From assembly GCA_017745175.1 (NCBI GenBank), contig JAGHZY010000016.1:17105-81104 (forward strand): a stretch of DNA of 64,000 bases. Direction: 5' to 3'. The DNA is from Sphingopyxis sp. GTDB taxonomy: Bacteria > Pseudomonadota > Alphaproteobacteria > Sphingomonadales > Sphingomonadaceae. Under the pieces are notes generated by a model. That model made no database searches and was not told the origin of the DNA. It was given only the letters and a program-made list of their open reading frames with translations. This document shows, piece after piece, positions 45,962-56,363 of the stretch. How positions within the stretch are numbered: the first letter of the stretch is position 1; the number at the start of each line of letters is the position of its first letter. A program made the translations under genes and the position numbers.

Positions 45962-47326
45962 ATGGCAGCGCGCATGAGCAATCCCATCGCCGCCATCGTC
46001 CTTGCCGCGGGCAAGGGAACCCGCATGAAATCCGACCTGCACAAGGTGCTGCACCCGATCGCGGGGCGCCCGATGCTGCTGCACCTGATGGCGAGCGTCG
46101 ATCTGCTGAAACCGGCAAGGAAGGTCGTGGTCGTCGGCGACAAGGCCGAACAGCTCGAGGCGGCGCTGGCGGGCAGCGCCGATCTTGCGGTGCAGGAACC
46201 GCAACGCGGCACCGGCCATGCGGTGCAGCAGGCCGAAGGTGCGCTGGCAGGTTTCGACGGCGATGTGCTGATCCTTTACGGCGATGTGCCCTTCGTTCCC
46301 GCGGCGACGATGCAGGCAATGATCGACCGGCTCGGCGCACCCGATGCGCCTGCCGTCGTCGTGCTCGCCTTCGAGCCCGCCGATCCGTTGCAATATGGAC
46401 GGGTGATTACCGACGGCGACCGCGTCGTGAAGATGGTCGAGCACAAGGACGCGACCGATGCCGAGCGCGCGGTTCGTCTGTGCAATTCGGGGCTGATGGC
46501 CGCGAAGTCGGCCGATCTCTTCGCGCTGCTTGCGCGCGTCACCGACGACAATGCCGCGAAGGAATATTATCTCGTCGATATCGTCAATATCGCGAACGCC
46601 GACGGGCGGTCCTGCGCGGTCGTGAAGACCGATCCCGCCGATGTGGCGGGGATCAACAGTCGCGCCGAACTCGCGGCGGCCGAGGCGCAGTGGCAGGCGT
46701 TCAGGCGCGAGGAGGCGATGGCGGACGGCGCGTCGCTGCGCGCGCCCGACACGGTCTGGTTCTCGTGGGATACCGAGCTGGGCCGCGACGTGACGATCGA
46801 GCCCAATGTCTTTTTCGGCCCCGGGGTGAAGGTCGCCGACGGCGTCAACATCCGCGCCAACTGCCATATCGAGGGCGCGACGATCGGTACGGGCTGCGAG
46901 GTCGGGCCCTTTGCGCGGCTGCGCCCCGGCACGATACTTGGCGAGAAGGCCAAGATCGGCAATTTCGTCGAGACCAAGAATGCGGTGCTTGGCGAGGGCG
47001 CGAAGGCGAACCACCTCACTTACCTCGGCGACGTTACCGTCGGCGCGAAGGCCAATATCGGTGCGGGCACGATCACCTGCAACTATGACGGCTATTTCAA
47101 ATACCGGACCGAGATCGGCGAACGCGCGTTCATCGGGTCGAACAGCGCGCTCGTCGCGCCGGTGAAGATCGGCGCCGACGCGATCGTTGCCGCCGGCAGC
47201 GCGGTGACGCGCGACGTCGCCGACGGCGAATTGCGCATCGTGCGCGGCGAGCAGTTGGTGAAACCCGGCTGGGCCGACCGTTTTCACGAGGCGATGCGCA
47301 AGAAAAAGGCGGCGGAGAAAAAATAG
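45962..47326 (+). CDS. glmU: bifunctional UDP-N-acetylglucosamine pyrophosphorylase / glucosamine-1-phosphate N-acetyltransferase
   Basis: LAAGKGTRMKSDLHKVLHP, followed by a C-terminal left-handed beta-helix hexapeptide region (NYDGYFKYRTEIGERAFIGSNSALVAPV). Confidence 0.9.
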   Translation: MAARMSNPIAAIVLAAGKGTRMKSDLHKVLHPIAGRPMLLHLMASVDLLKPARKVVVVGDKAEQLEAALAGSADLAVQEPQRGTGHAVQQAEGALAGFDGDVLILYGDVPFVPAATMQAMIDRLGAPDAPAVVVLAFEPADPLQYGRVITDGDRVVKMVEHKDATDAERAVRLCNSGLMAAKSADLFALLARVTDDNAAKEYYLVDIVNIANADGRSCAVVKTDPADVAGINSRAELAAAEAQWQAFRREEAMADGASLRAPDTVWFSWDTELGRDVTIEPNVFFGPGVKVADGVNIRANCHIEGATIGTGCEVGPFARLRPGTILGEKAKIGNFVETKNAVLGEGAKANHLTYLGDVTVGAKANIGAGTITCNYDGYFKYRTEIGERAFIGSNSALVAPVKIGADAIVAAGSAVTRDVADGELRIVRGEQLVKPGWADRFHEAMRKKKAAEKK

Positions 47327-47330
47327 CCCG

Positions 47331-47870
47331 ATGCCCGCGCCGACGCTGACGACCGCGCGCCTCGTGCTGCGCCAGTTGCGCGAGGATGACGCCGCCGCGC
47401 TGTTTCCGGTGCTGTCGGATCCCGAGGTGATGGTCTGGTGGTCGAGCGGGCCGCACACATCGCCCGCCGAAACCGCGGACTATGTCAAAGGCAATGCCGC
47501 CGAAGGGCAGGGCTATCTCTGCTGGGCGATCACCGCGGGCGACGATGTCGCGCTCGGCTGGGTGATCCTGATCGACGGCAAGCCCGACGTGAAGGAAATC
47601 GGCTATATCCTGCGCCGCGACCAATGGGGTAGCGGCATCGCGCGCGAGGCGGTGGCGCGGGTGATCGACCATGGGTTCGGCGAGATGAAACTGCGCCGGA
47701 TCTTTGCCGATACCGACCCCGAAAATCCCGGCTCGATCGGATTGCTCGAGCGGCTGGGCTTCCAGCGCGAGGGCCGGCTGCGCGGCGAGTGGGAAACGCA
47801 TATCGGCGTGCGCGATTCGCTGATCTACGGCCTGCTTCGCGACGAATGGACGATGGAGAAGACAAATTGA
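47331..47870 (+). CDS. GNAT family N-acetyltransferase (RimJ/RimL-like)
   Basis: 179 aa: TARLVLRQLREDDAAALF, WGSGIAREAV, NPGSIGLLERLGFQREG. Confidence 0.8.
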   Translation: MPAPTLTTARLVLRQLREDDAAALFPVLSDPEVMVWWSSGPHTSPAETADYVKGNAAEGQGYLCWAITAGDDVALGWVILIDGKPDVKEIGYILRRDQWGSGIAREAVARVIDHGFGEMKLRRIFADTDPENPGSIGLLERLGFQREGRLRGEWETHIGVRDSLIYGLLRDEWTMEKTN

Positions 47871-48181
47871 GTGACCGCTACACCGACAAACCCTTCCTGC
47901 GCTTCGTCGACGCCTGGGTGCTGAAGGCGATCGGCCATCTCGACGAGCCAACCGAGACCTGGTGCAAGGCGATGGTGCCGCAGCTCGAACAAAGCTTCGG
48001 CGTGACCGGAAGCTGGGAACAGATTGTCGAACAGCAGATGAAATTCGGGCCTGAAGCGAAGGCACAGATCCTGAAAATCTGGACCGACGGCAAGGCGCGT
48101 TTCGCCGCGGGTAATGGCGAAGCCCCCGATCCGCGGCAGTTCGCGATGATCTTCGTCGACCGCAATTTCGGCCGGTCATGA
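47867..48181 (+). CDS. hypothetical protein
   Basis: TTG at 47867 overlaps the GNAT stop (TTGA) and is preceded by GGAGAAG. 104 aa with a protein-like composition. No family recognised. Confidence 0.4.
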   Translation: MSDRYTDKPFLRFVDAWVLKAIGHLDEPTETWCKAMVPQLEQSFGVTGSWEQIVEQQMKFGPEAKAQILKIWTDGKARFAAGNGEAPDPRQFAMIFVDRNFGRS

Positions 48182-48642
48182 GCGGCCTGATCGTCCGTCC
48201 CGCGGCGCGCGCCGATTACGACCGCTGGTTGCCGCTCTGGAACGGCTACAACGCCTTCTACGGCCGCAGCGGCGAGACAGCGCTGGCGCCCGAGATCACG
48301 GCCGCGACATGGGAGCGCTTCTTCGATCCCTATGAGCCGATGTTCGCACTCGTCGCCGAACAGGGCGACGCCCTTCTCGGCCTGACCCATTATCTGCTTC
48401 ATCGCAGCACGACGTCGCTGCTGCCGTCGCTTTATCTGCAGGATCTGTTCACCGCGGCCGAGGCGCGCGGCAAGGGGGTGGGAGGCGCATTGATCGAGGC
48501 CGTCTATGCGGCGGCGAAGGACCGCGCGCTGCCGCGCGTCTATTGGCTGACCCACGAAACCAACGACACCGCGATGCAGCTATATGATCGCATCGCCGAA
48601 AAATCGGGGTTCGTCGTCTATCGGAAGCAGTTGCCCGCTTGA
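48178..48642 (+). CDS. GNAT family N-acetyltransferase
   Basis: 154 aa. The ATG overlaps the previous stop. LQDLFTAAEARGKGVGGALIEAVY is an acetyl-CoA-binding Q/RxxGxG/A motif. Confidence 0.8.
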   Translation: MSGLIVRPAARADYDRWLPLWNGYNAFYGRSGETALAPEITAATWERFFDPYEPMFALVAEQGDALLGLTHYLLHRSTTSLLPSLYLQDLFTAAEARGKGVGGALIEAVYAAAKDRALPRVYWLTHETNDTAMQLYDRIAEKSGFVVYRKQLPA

Positions 48643-48644
48643 TT

Positions 48645-48665
48645 TGATATCATGATATGATATCA
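48645..48665. promoter_or_regulatory. twin palindromic operator/promoter element upstream of the antitoxin gene
   Basis: TGATATCA-tgata-TGATATCA: two self-complementary octamers with a 13-bp centre-to-centre spacing. The patch is AT-rich and ends 8 nt before the ATG at 48673. Confidence 0.6.
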
Positions 48666-48672
48666 TTCTTTC

Positions 48673-48897
48673 ATGCGCTTCCTCGCGGACATTCCGGACG
48701 ATGATATCCAGTGGCTCGACGCGCTTGCGGCCGAGCTTGGCGTGTCGCGCGCAGAACTCGTGCGCCGCGCGGTAGCGGCCTATCGCGCGGATGCGTCGGG
48801 CGACGCGATCGATAACGCCTTCGGCATTTTCCGCGCCCGCGCCGACATCGGCGACGGCCTCAAATATCAGCGGCGCCTGCGGGGCAAGCGCGAATGA
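48673..48897 (+). CDS. ribbon-helix-helix (CopG/VapB-like) antitoxin
   Basis: 74 aa: MRFLADIPDDDIQWLDALAAELGVSRAELVRRAVAAY. 4-nt overlap with the PIN gene. Confidence 0.7.
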   Translation: MRFLADIPDDDIQWLDALAAELGVSRAELVRRAVAAYRADASGDAIDNAFGIFRARADIGDGLKYQRRLRGKRE

Positions 48898-49262
48898 TCG
48901 ATGCGCAGTTCGACAGCGACATCCTGATCGACGCGCTGAACGGCGTCGAGGCGGCGCGCAACGAGATCCGCCGCGCGGGGCGCAAGAGCGTGAGCCGCGT
49001 CAGCTGGACCGAAGTCATGTCCGCCGCCGATCCCGCATCGGTGAAGGCGGTCGAGGCGTTCCTCGGCTGCTTTCAGGTCGAGGAGATCGGCGATGCGGTC
49101 GCGCGCCGCGCCGCGGCGCTGCGGGCGGAGCGCAAGGGCTTGACCTTGGCCGACGCTTTCGTACTGGCGACCGCGCAGATCAGCGGACGCATTCTCGTCA
49201 CACGCAATATCAAGGTGTTTCCGGCATCGATGCCGGGTATTCGCGTTCCCTACACGCTCTAA
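48894..49262 (+). CDS. vapC: PIN-domain toxin (VapC family)
   Basis: 122 aa. Acidic residues fall in PIN positions (FDSDILIDAL ..., LADAFVLATA, ILVTRNIKVF). Confidence 0.7.
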   Translation: MIDAQFDSDILIDALNGVEAARNEIRRAGRKSVSRVSWTEVMSAADPASVKAVEAFLGCFQVEEIGDAVARRAAALRAERKGLTLADAFVLATAQISGRILVTRNIKVFPASMPGIRVPYTL

Positions 49263-49277
49263 TGAAAGCCAGAACCC

Positions 49278-51101
<1,824 letters not shown>

Positions 51102-51122
51102 GGTCGTTATTGCGGTGAAAAT

Positions 51123-52067
51123 ATGAGTTCCGAATGGCCTGAAATCGGGATTGTACTGGCGGTGTTTATCGCCATTGCGGCGATAGTGATTGCACTCGGT
51201 CGCCGAGCCGGGGTGCCGGTCGACGATGGCCCGGAAGGCGAGCCCTATCGGATCTTCACGCGAGAATTCGACCGCACGATACCCGCGAAGGACCTGCCAG
51301 CGAGGCTGCGCGAGGCAAGCCCCGACCTCGAAAAGGGATATCTCGAAAAGGACGACCGGCAATGGCGCGCGCAGATCGATCGCGCCGAGACCCTCTATGG
51401 TCAGATCGTCGATATATTACCGTTGGAGGCGGGTGAGGCTGACGCGCTGTGTGATACTGCCGTCCTGTTGATGGTCGATCAATCCGGTTCGATGCGCGGT
51501 GAGCCGATGGCATGGGTCGCAGCGGGAGTGCGCCGCCTATCGGACGAACTGGGCCGTCGCGGCGCAAATGTTGCCGTCGCCGGATATACGACCGCCGGGT
51601 GGCATGGCGGCTTCGCGCGGCGCAAATGGCTGCGCGAAGGACGCCCCGAGCGGCCGGGGCGTCTGTGTGCATTGCTTCACATCGTTTACCGGCCGTTTGA
51701 CAGTGCCGGTCTGGACGAAGCTGCCTGGCAGCAAATGCTCAATCCGGATATCTTGCGCGAAAATGTCGATGGCGAAGCGTTGGAATGGGGGGCCGACTAT
51801 CTGAGACACCGCCCGGAACGACGGCGCATTCTGCTCGTCGTGAGCGACGGAGCGACCGTCGACGATGCGACACTTTTTGCGAACGGGCCTTCCTACATGC
51901 ACCGGCACTTCCTGAAGGTGCGCGATGTACTGCTGGATGCGAAGACCCCGGAATTGCTTGCGGTTGGAGTGGCCCATCGCGTGTCGGAATTTTATCCGGT
52001 GTCTCGTGATGCGCTTGATTCGGACGAGCTTGCCGAGGCGGGGCTGGGCCTCGTGATGGGGAAATGA
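51123..52067 (+). CDS. membrane-anchored vWA-domain protein related to the C-terminal half of CobT-like proteins
   Basis: N-terminal TM (IGIVLAVFIAIAAIVIAL). YRIFTREFDRTIPAKDL. MIDAS-like LLMVDQSGSMRGEP. LLVVSDGATVD. Confidence 0.6.
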   Translation: MSSEWPEIGIVLAVFIAIAAIVIALGRRAGVPVDDGPEGEPYRIFTREFDRTIPAKDLPARLREASPDLEKGYLEKDDRQWRAQIDRAETLYGQIVDILPLEAGEADALCDTAVLLMVDQSGSMRGEPMAWVAAGVRRLSDELGRRGANVAVAGYTTAGWHGGFARRKWLREGRPERPGRLCALLHIVYRPFDSAGLDEAAWQQMLNPDILRENVDGEALEWGADYLRHRPERRRILLVVSDGATVDDATLFANGPSYMHRHFLKVRDVLLDAKTPELLAVGVAHRVSEFYPVSRDALDSDELAEAGLGLVMGK

Positions 52068-52097
52068 CATGCGTGCATATCGGGTCATGATTTCGAT

Positions 52098-52412
52098 ATG
52101 AGCTGGAACACCGCCTGCCATTGCGGCGCCGTCTCGGTGCGGCTCGCCAGGGCGCCCGAAAAGATCGCCGAGTGTAATTGCTCGCTCTGTTTTTCGCACA
52201 GCATCCTCTGGAGCTACATGTCGCCGCGCGATGTCGCGATCGAAGGCGAAACGCGGACTTATAATCGCGCCGACCGCGAGAATCCCAATTCGGACCTGCA
52301 TTTCTGCGCGACCTGCGGATGCACGACACATTGGTCAGCGACCGCCGGGTTGAACGAACGAATGGGCGGCGAGGTCGATCTGATGGGCGTGGGGCTATGC
52401 GCGCGAGCATGA
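52098..52412 (+). CDS. GFA (glutathione-dependent formaldehyde-activating/CENP-V) family protein
   Basis: 104 aa with the Cys pattern CHCGAV ... CNCSLC ... FCATCGC. Confidence 0.7.
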   Translation: MSWNTACHCGAVSVRLARAPEKIAECNCSLCFSHSILWSYMSPRDVAIEGETRTYNRADRENPNSDLHFCATCGCTTHWSATAGLNERMGGEVDLMGVGLCARA

Positions 52413-52444
52413 GGTGACGCGCTGACGCGCGTGCCGGCCGGATG

Positions 52445-52633
52445 TCACTCCGGCGCGTTGGCCTGCGCCAGAATGGACTCGGCGATGTCCTCGATCTTGC
52501 CGGCAACAAGCAAGGGCGCGCCGCCGACCATGCCGACCTGCGTCTGGCCATTTTCATAGTCGCGGAGCCACGCGACATTCTCGGCAACGACGAGATAGTT
52601 GCCGCCGCGCGATTTGAGCGAAATGAACTTCAT
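52445..52633 (-). CDS. hypothetical small protein
   Basis: 62 aa. AGGAGA lies 9 nt upstream of the ATG. Composition is protein-like (MKFISLKSRGGNYLVVAENVAWLRDYENGQ...). Confidence 0.5.
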   Translation of the reverse strand: MKFISLKSRGGNYLVVAENVAWLRDYENGQTQVGMVGGAPLLVAGKIEDIAESILAQANAPE

Positions 52634-52673
52634 CGGGGGTGTCTCCTGATCGCCGATGCTCTAGGCGGGAAAT

Positions 52674-53351
52674 GTGAAGAATATGAGATCGACTCCTCCC
52701 GCCGCCATCATCTTCGACTTCGACGGCGTCGTCGCCGACAGCGAGGTGCGCGCCAACCTGTCGCTCGCCGAGAGCCTGACCGCGGCGGGGATGCCCGCGA
52801 CCTATGACGAGTGTCTGCGCGACTATTATGGTCATAACTGGCAGGAGACGCAGCGCCGGATCGAGGCGCGCTACGGCCGACCGCTGCCCGCCGATTTTCG
52901 CGAGACGCACCGCGAGCGGGCGCGGGCGCGTTATATGGAGGGCTTCGACCCCGTGCCGGGTGTGGCGGATTTTCTCGATGCGCTGGGCGCCATGCCGCGC
53001 GCGATCGCGTCGTCGAGCCGCGCCGAATATATCGGCTGGGCACTCGGGCTCTTCGGGCTCGGCCATCATTTCGGCACGCATGTCTACAGCGCCGACGGCT
53101 GGGATCGCGGCAAGCCGCATCCCGACATCTATCTCGCCGCGGCGAGGGGACTCGGGGTCGATCCGGCAAATTGTCTGGCAATCGAGGATTCGCCGACCGG
53201 GGCGCGGGCCGCGATCGCGGCGGGAATGACCGTGATCGGCTTTTGCGGTGCGGGGCATATCGTCGACCGTGCCGCGCATGGCGCGATGCTCCGCGAGGTT
53301 GGTGTTCACCGGCTTGCCTTTGCGTTCGACCAGATTAGCATGGCGGCCTGA
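52674..53351 (+). CDS. HAD family hydrolase (beta-phosphoglucomutase/phosphatase-like)
   Basis: AIIFDFDGVVADSE, SSS, GKPHPDIYL, IEDSPTGARAAIAAGM. Confidence 0.8.
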   Translation: MKNMRSTPPAAIIFDFDGVVADSEVRANLSLAESLTAAGMPATYDECLRDYYGHNWQETQRRIEARYGRPLPADFRETHRERARARYMEGFDPVPGVADFLDALGAMPRAIASSSRAEYIGWALGLFGLGHHFGTHVYSADGWDRGKPHPDIYLAAARGLGVDPANCLAIEDSPTGARAAIAAGMTVIGFCGAGHIVDRAAHGAMLREVGVHRLAFAFDQISMAA

Positions 53352-53369
53352 CCTTTCGGCGGAGGGTAA

Positions 53370-53639
53370 ATGATCTGGAATTTTCTGTGGCCGCTGATGC
53401 TTTTCTGCTCGGTGGTGGTCCTGCCGCTCTGGCTCTGGCGCCGGATGAAATATGTTCAGCAGGCAGCGCGTGACGCGTTGGACGATCCGTCGCCCCGTGA
53501 CGAAGCTTGGGAGGAGACGGCGGTGTCGACCGACGGCTTGAATTTCGGGCGCGCGCATGCCTTTGATCCGGCGCTGGCAAAAGCGTCGCGCGACGCCGAA
53601 GGGAGCGACGACGTCAAGAATCTTGAAGGGCGGCGCTGA
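53370..53639 (+). CDS. hypothetical membrane protein
   Basis: 89 aa. GGAGGG lies 4-5 nt upstream. One N-terminal TM (IWNFLWPLMLFCSVVVLPLWLW) followed by an acidic tail. Confidence 0.45.
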   Translation: MIWNFLWPLMLFCSVVVLPLWLWRRMKYVQQAARDALDDPSPRDEAWEETAVSTDGLNFGRAHAFDPALAKASRDAEGSDDVKNLEGRR

Positions 53640-53809
53640 ACGAACGTTTCTCGGGGGGCGGGATGCGCGGCACAAATCGCTGTCCTGCTTTGGTTGGCTC
53701 GATTAGTTTCGGGCCCGGTTCGATCCCGATCACCGGGACGAAATATGCAATCGCGAGTGAAGTTGCGCAGTTTTCCGCGACTTTTCCAAATGCCCCAAGG
53801 AGAGAGTGA

Positions 53810-54682
53810 ATGTGCACCGAGAACACCGAGGCCGATCTCGATCGCGCGGGGATGCCCGTCGGGCGGCGCAGCTTTACCGCGCTCGCGGGCGCCGGTGCGC
53901 TTGCAACGATGCTGCCGGTGAACGCAATGGCGGGCAAGCCGGTCCGGGGCCGCGACGTGATGATCAAGACCGATGACGGGACCTGCGACGCCTATTTCGT
54001 CGCGCCGGCCGAGGGCAGGCATCCGGGCGTGCTTGTGTGGCCCGATATCCGCGGGCTGCGCCCCGCCTTTCGCCAGATGGCCGACCGGCTGGCGGGGGAG
54101 GGCTATGCCGTGCTGACGGTGAATCCCTTCTACCGCTGGCAGAAATCGCCGGTCGTTGACGCAGCGAACGACTTCAACGTGCCCGCGGTTCGGGAGAAAT
54201 TGTTCGGTTATCTGAAGCAGTTGAACAAGGAACTGGTGACGACCGATGCAAGGGCGTATCTCGCGTTCCTCGACGCGCAGAAGGAGGTCGATACGAAGCG
54301 GCGTATCGGCACGACGGGTTATTGCATGGGCGGCGCGATGACGATCTATACTGCGGCGCTCGATCCGAACCGGGTCGGCGCGGCGGCGAGCTTTCACGGC
54401 GGCGGAGTCGCCACGGGCAAGCCCGACAGCCCGCATCTGCTGATCGGCGACACCAACGCCGGCTATCTGTTTGCGATCGCCGACAATGACGACAAGGAAA
54501 CGCCGGACGAGAAGGTCTTGCTGAAACAGGCTCTCGAACCGCGCCCGCAATGGCACGAGGTCGAGGTCTATGAAGGCGCGATGCACGGCTGGTGTCCGCC
54601 CGACGGCCGCGCCTATAACGAGGCGGCGGCCGAAAAGGCGTGGGCGCGGATGCTCGAACTGTTCAAGGCCGAGCTGGCCTGA
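53810..54682 (+). CDS. dienelactone hydrolase family protein (Tat-exported)
   Basis: Twin-arginine signal GRRSFTALAGAGALA. Nucleophile motif GYCMGG. C-terminal AMHGW. Confidence 0.8.
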   Translation: MCTENTEADLDRAGMPVGRRSFTALAGAGALATMLPVNAMAGKPVRGRDVMIKTDDGTCDAYFVAPAEGRHPGVLVWPDIRGLRPAFRQMADRLAGEGYAVLTVNPFYRWQKSPVVDAANDFNVPAVREKLFGYLKQLNKELVTTDARAYLAFLDAQKEVDTKRRIGTTGYCMGGAMTIYTAALDPNRVGAAASFHGGGVATGKPDSPHLLIGDTNAGYLFAIADNDDKETPDEKVLLKQALEPRPQWHEVEVYEGAMHGWCPPDGRAYNEAAAEKAWARMLELFKAELA

Positions 54683-54687
54683 CGTCG

Positions 54688-55263
54688 CTAGCGCGACAGG
54701 GCATCGAGCAGGGCCTTGCCGCGCGGCGACAGCCGATACCCGGTCTCGAGACTTTCGGTCAGACCAAGCTCCTTGAGCTTGCGGATATTCTGTTTGAGCC
54801 ACATCTTCCCGACCCCGAGCGATTGCGCGATGTCAGCGGCCGCCTGTCCCTCGTGGGCGGCGATATGGTCGAGGGCGGACCGTGTCCACGGGCTGGCGCC
54901 CCGGTCGAGGCGATCGAGCCGCTGCGCGAGCGACGCCACCTCGCCTGCCGAAAGATCGCCCGCCTCGCGAAGCGCGATGCGCGGATCGGGCCGGTCGAAA
55001 CGGAAGGCGATGCGATAGATGTCGCCGTCCGGGCGGGCGTCGAGCCCGGCCAGCAATTCCGCGCGCGACCCGAAACCGGCGGCGCGTGCATCGGCGTCGG
55101 TAATCGCGGCGGCCGCGCAGGGCGTCACGCTTTCGATCGCCAGTTCGCCGATCGCGGTGCGCAGCCGCCCGCCGGCCTTCACCGTCGGCCGCCGCCAGCG
55201 CCGGAAGGCGAGCGTGACCTCGCCGGCCGCGATGCGTTCGAGAATGGCGGCGCGGAACAGCAT
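54688..55263 (-). CDS. hypothetical protein: ASCH/PUA-like N-terminal domain plus C-terminal winged-helix
   Basis: 191 aa. AILERIAAGEVTLAFRRWRRP is ASCH-like. The C-terminal AADIAQSLGVGKMWLKQNIRKLKELGLTE is wHTH-like. Confidence 0.5.
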   Translation of the reverse strand: MLFRAAILERIAAGEVTLAFRRWRRPTVKAGGRLRTAIGELAIESVTPCAAAAITDADARAAGFGSRAELLAGLDARPDGDIYRIAFRFDRPDPRIALREAGDLSAGEVASLAQRLDRLDRGASPWTRSALDHIAAHEGQAAADIAQSLGVGKMWLKQNIRKLKELGLTESLETGYRLSPRGKALLDALSR

Positions 55264-55278
55264 CGGGCCGCCGCCGCC

Positions 55279-55746
55279 TCAGTGCGCGTGCGCGCCGCCG
55301 CTCGCCGCGTAACTCGCATAGACGCGCTGGCCGGCGGGGCCGAAGGTCATCACCTTGTAGGCCTCGCGGTGGTCGCCATGTTCCATGCCGGGCGAGCCCG
55401 TCGGCATGCCGGCGACCGCGAGTCCCTTCACGCCCTTGGGCCTTTCGCGGAGCAGGCGGCTGATGTCCTTCGCCGGCACATGCCCCTCGATCACATAACC
55501 GCCGACGAGCACGGTGTGGCAGCTGCGCAGCGCCTGCGGCACGCCCTGCTTGTCCTTGACCGCGGCCATGTCGGGCGAATTGACGATCACCGCCTTCTGC
55601 CCGAACGACGCCTTCACCTGTTCGAGCCATTTGAGGCAGCAGCCGCAGCCTGCGTCGCGGAACATCGTCGGGTTCGCGGCGTGCGCGGTGCCGATGACGG
55701 CGGAGAAGGCGGCGAGGGCGAAAAGCGCGCGGCGGGAAGGAGTCAT
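55279..55746 (-). CDS. DUF411 domain-containing metal-binding periplasmic protein
   Basis: Signal peptide. CGCCLKW motif. CHTVLVGGYVIEGHVPAKDI. Confidence 0.75.
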   Translation of the reverse strand: MTPSRRALFALAAFSAVIGTAHAANPTMFRDAGCGCCLKWLEQVKASFGQKAVIVNSPDMAAVKDKQGVPQALRSCHTVLVGGYVIEGHVPAKDISRLLRERPKGVKGLAVAGMPTGSPGMEHGDHREAYKVMTFGPAGQRVYASYAASGGAHAH

Positions 55747-55793
55747 CGCAAATCCTTTTGGTGGAAACGCTGCAAAGCCTATAGGCCAAGCCC

Positions 55794-56363
55794 ATGAAAG
55801 TCCATTTCATCCGGTCGGGCGAGCGGCGCTACAGCATGCGGATCGAACGCGCCCGGCTGCCGGTGCTGGTCATGGACCCGGCGCCGGGCTTCGATCGCGA
55901 CCTGCCGCACGACATGGTGCATTTCGTCGTCGAGGCGGCGCTGGGGCTCGGAACCGGTGTCTTCGGCCAGATCGCAGCGGGCGGCGACGCGGGGTCCTTT
56001 CATGTCGAGGCGGACGGTGCGCTGTCGGCGAAGGAACGCCAGCGTGCGGCGCGCAAGCAGGTCGCGAAGGGCGTGAAGCTGATCAGGGCGCAGGGGCGCG
56101 AGGGCGAATTGTCCGAACTCGCCGCATTCCTGTTCGACATCGCGTGGCGGAGCCGGTCGCGCCCCGACAGCGCGGCGCAGCGCGCGGCTTTGGGCGAAGC
56201 CGGGCGCACGCGCGCCTCGCTCAGCGCCGACGAGCGCGCACGGATCGATGCCGCGAAGCCGCGCGTGTTCGCGGATTTCGAACGGCTGTCGAAGGCCTGG
56301 CGCGCGCTGCCGGTCGGCGATGCGCTGATCCTCGAATGGCCGTCCGCTCAGCCCATCGGGTAG
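55794..56363 (+). CDS. hypothetical protein
   Basis: 189 aa with a protein-like composition. No family recognised. It contains HDMVHFVVE, an HxxxH pattern only. Confidence 0.45.
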   Translation: MKVHFIRSGERRYSMRIERARLPVLVMDPAPGFDRDLPHDMVHFVVEAALGLGTGVFGQIAAGGDAGSFHVEADGALSAKERQRAARKQVAKGVKLIRAQGREGELSELAAFLFDIAWRSRSRPDSAAQRAALGEAGRTRASLSADERARIDAAKPRVFADFERLSKAWRALPVGDALILEWPSAQPIG

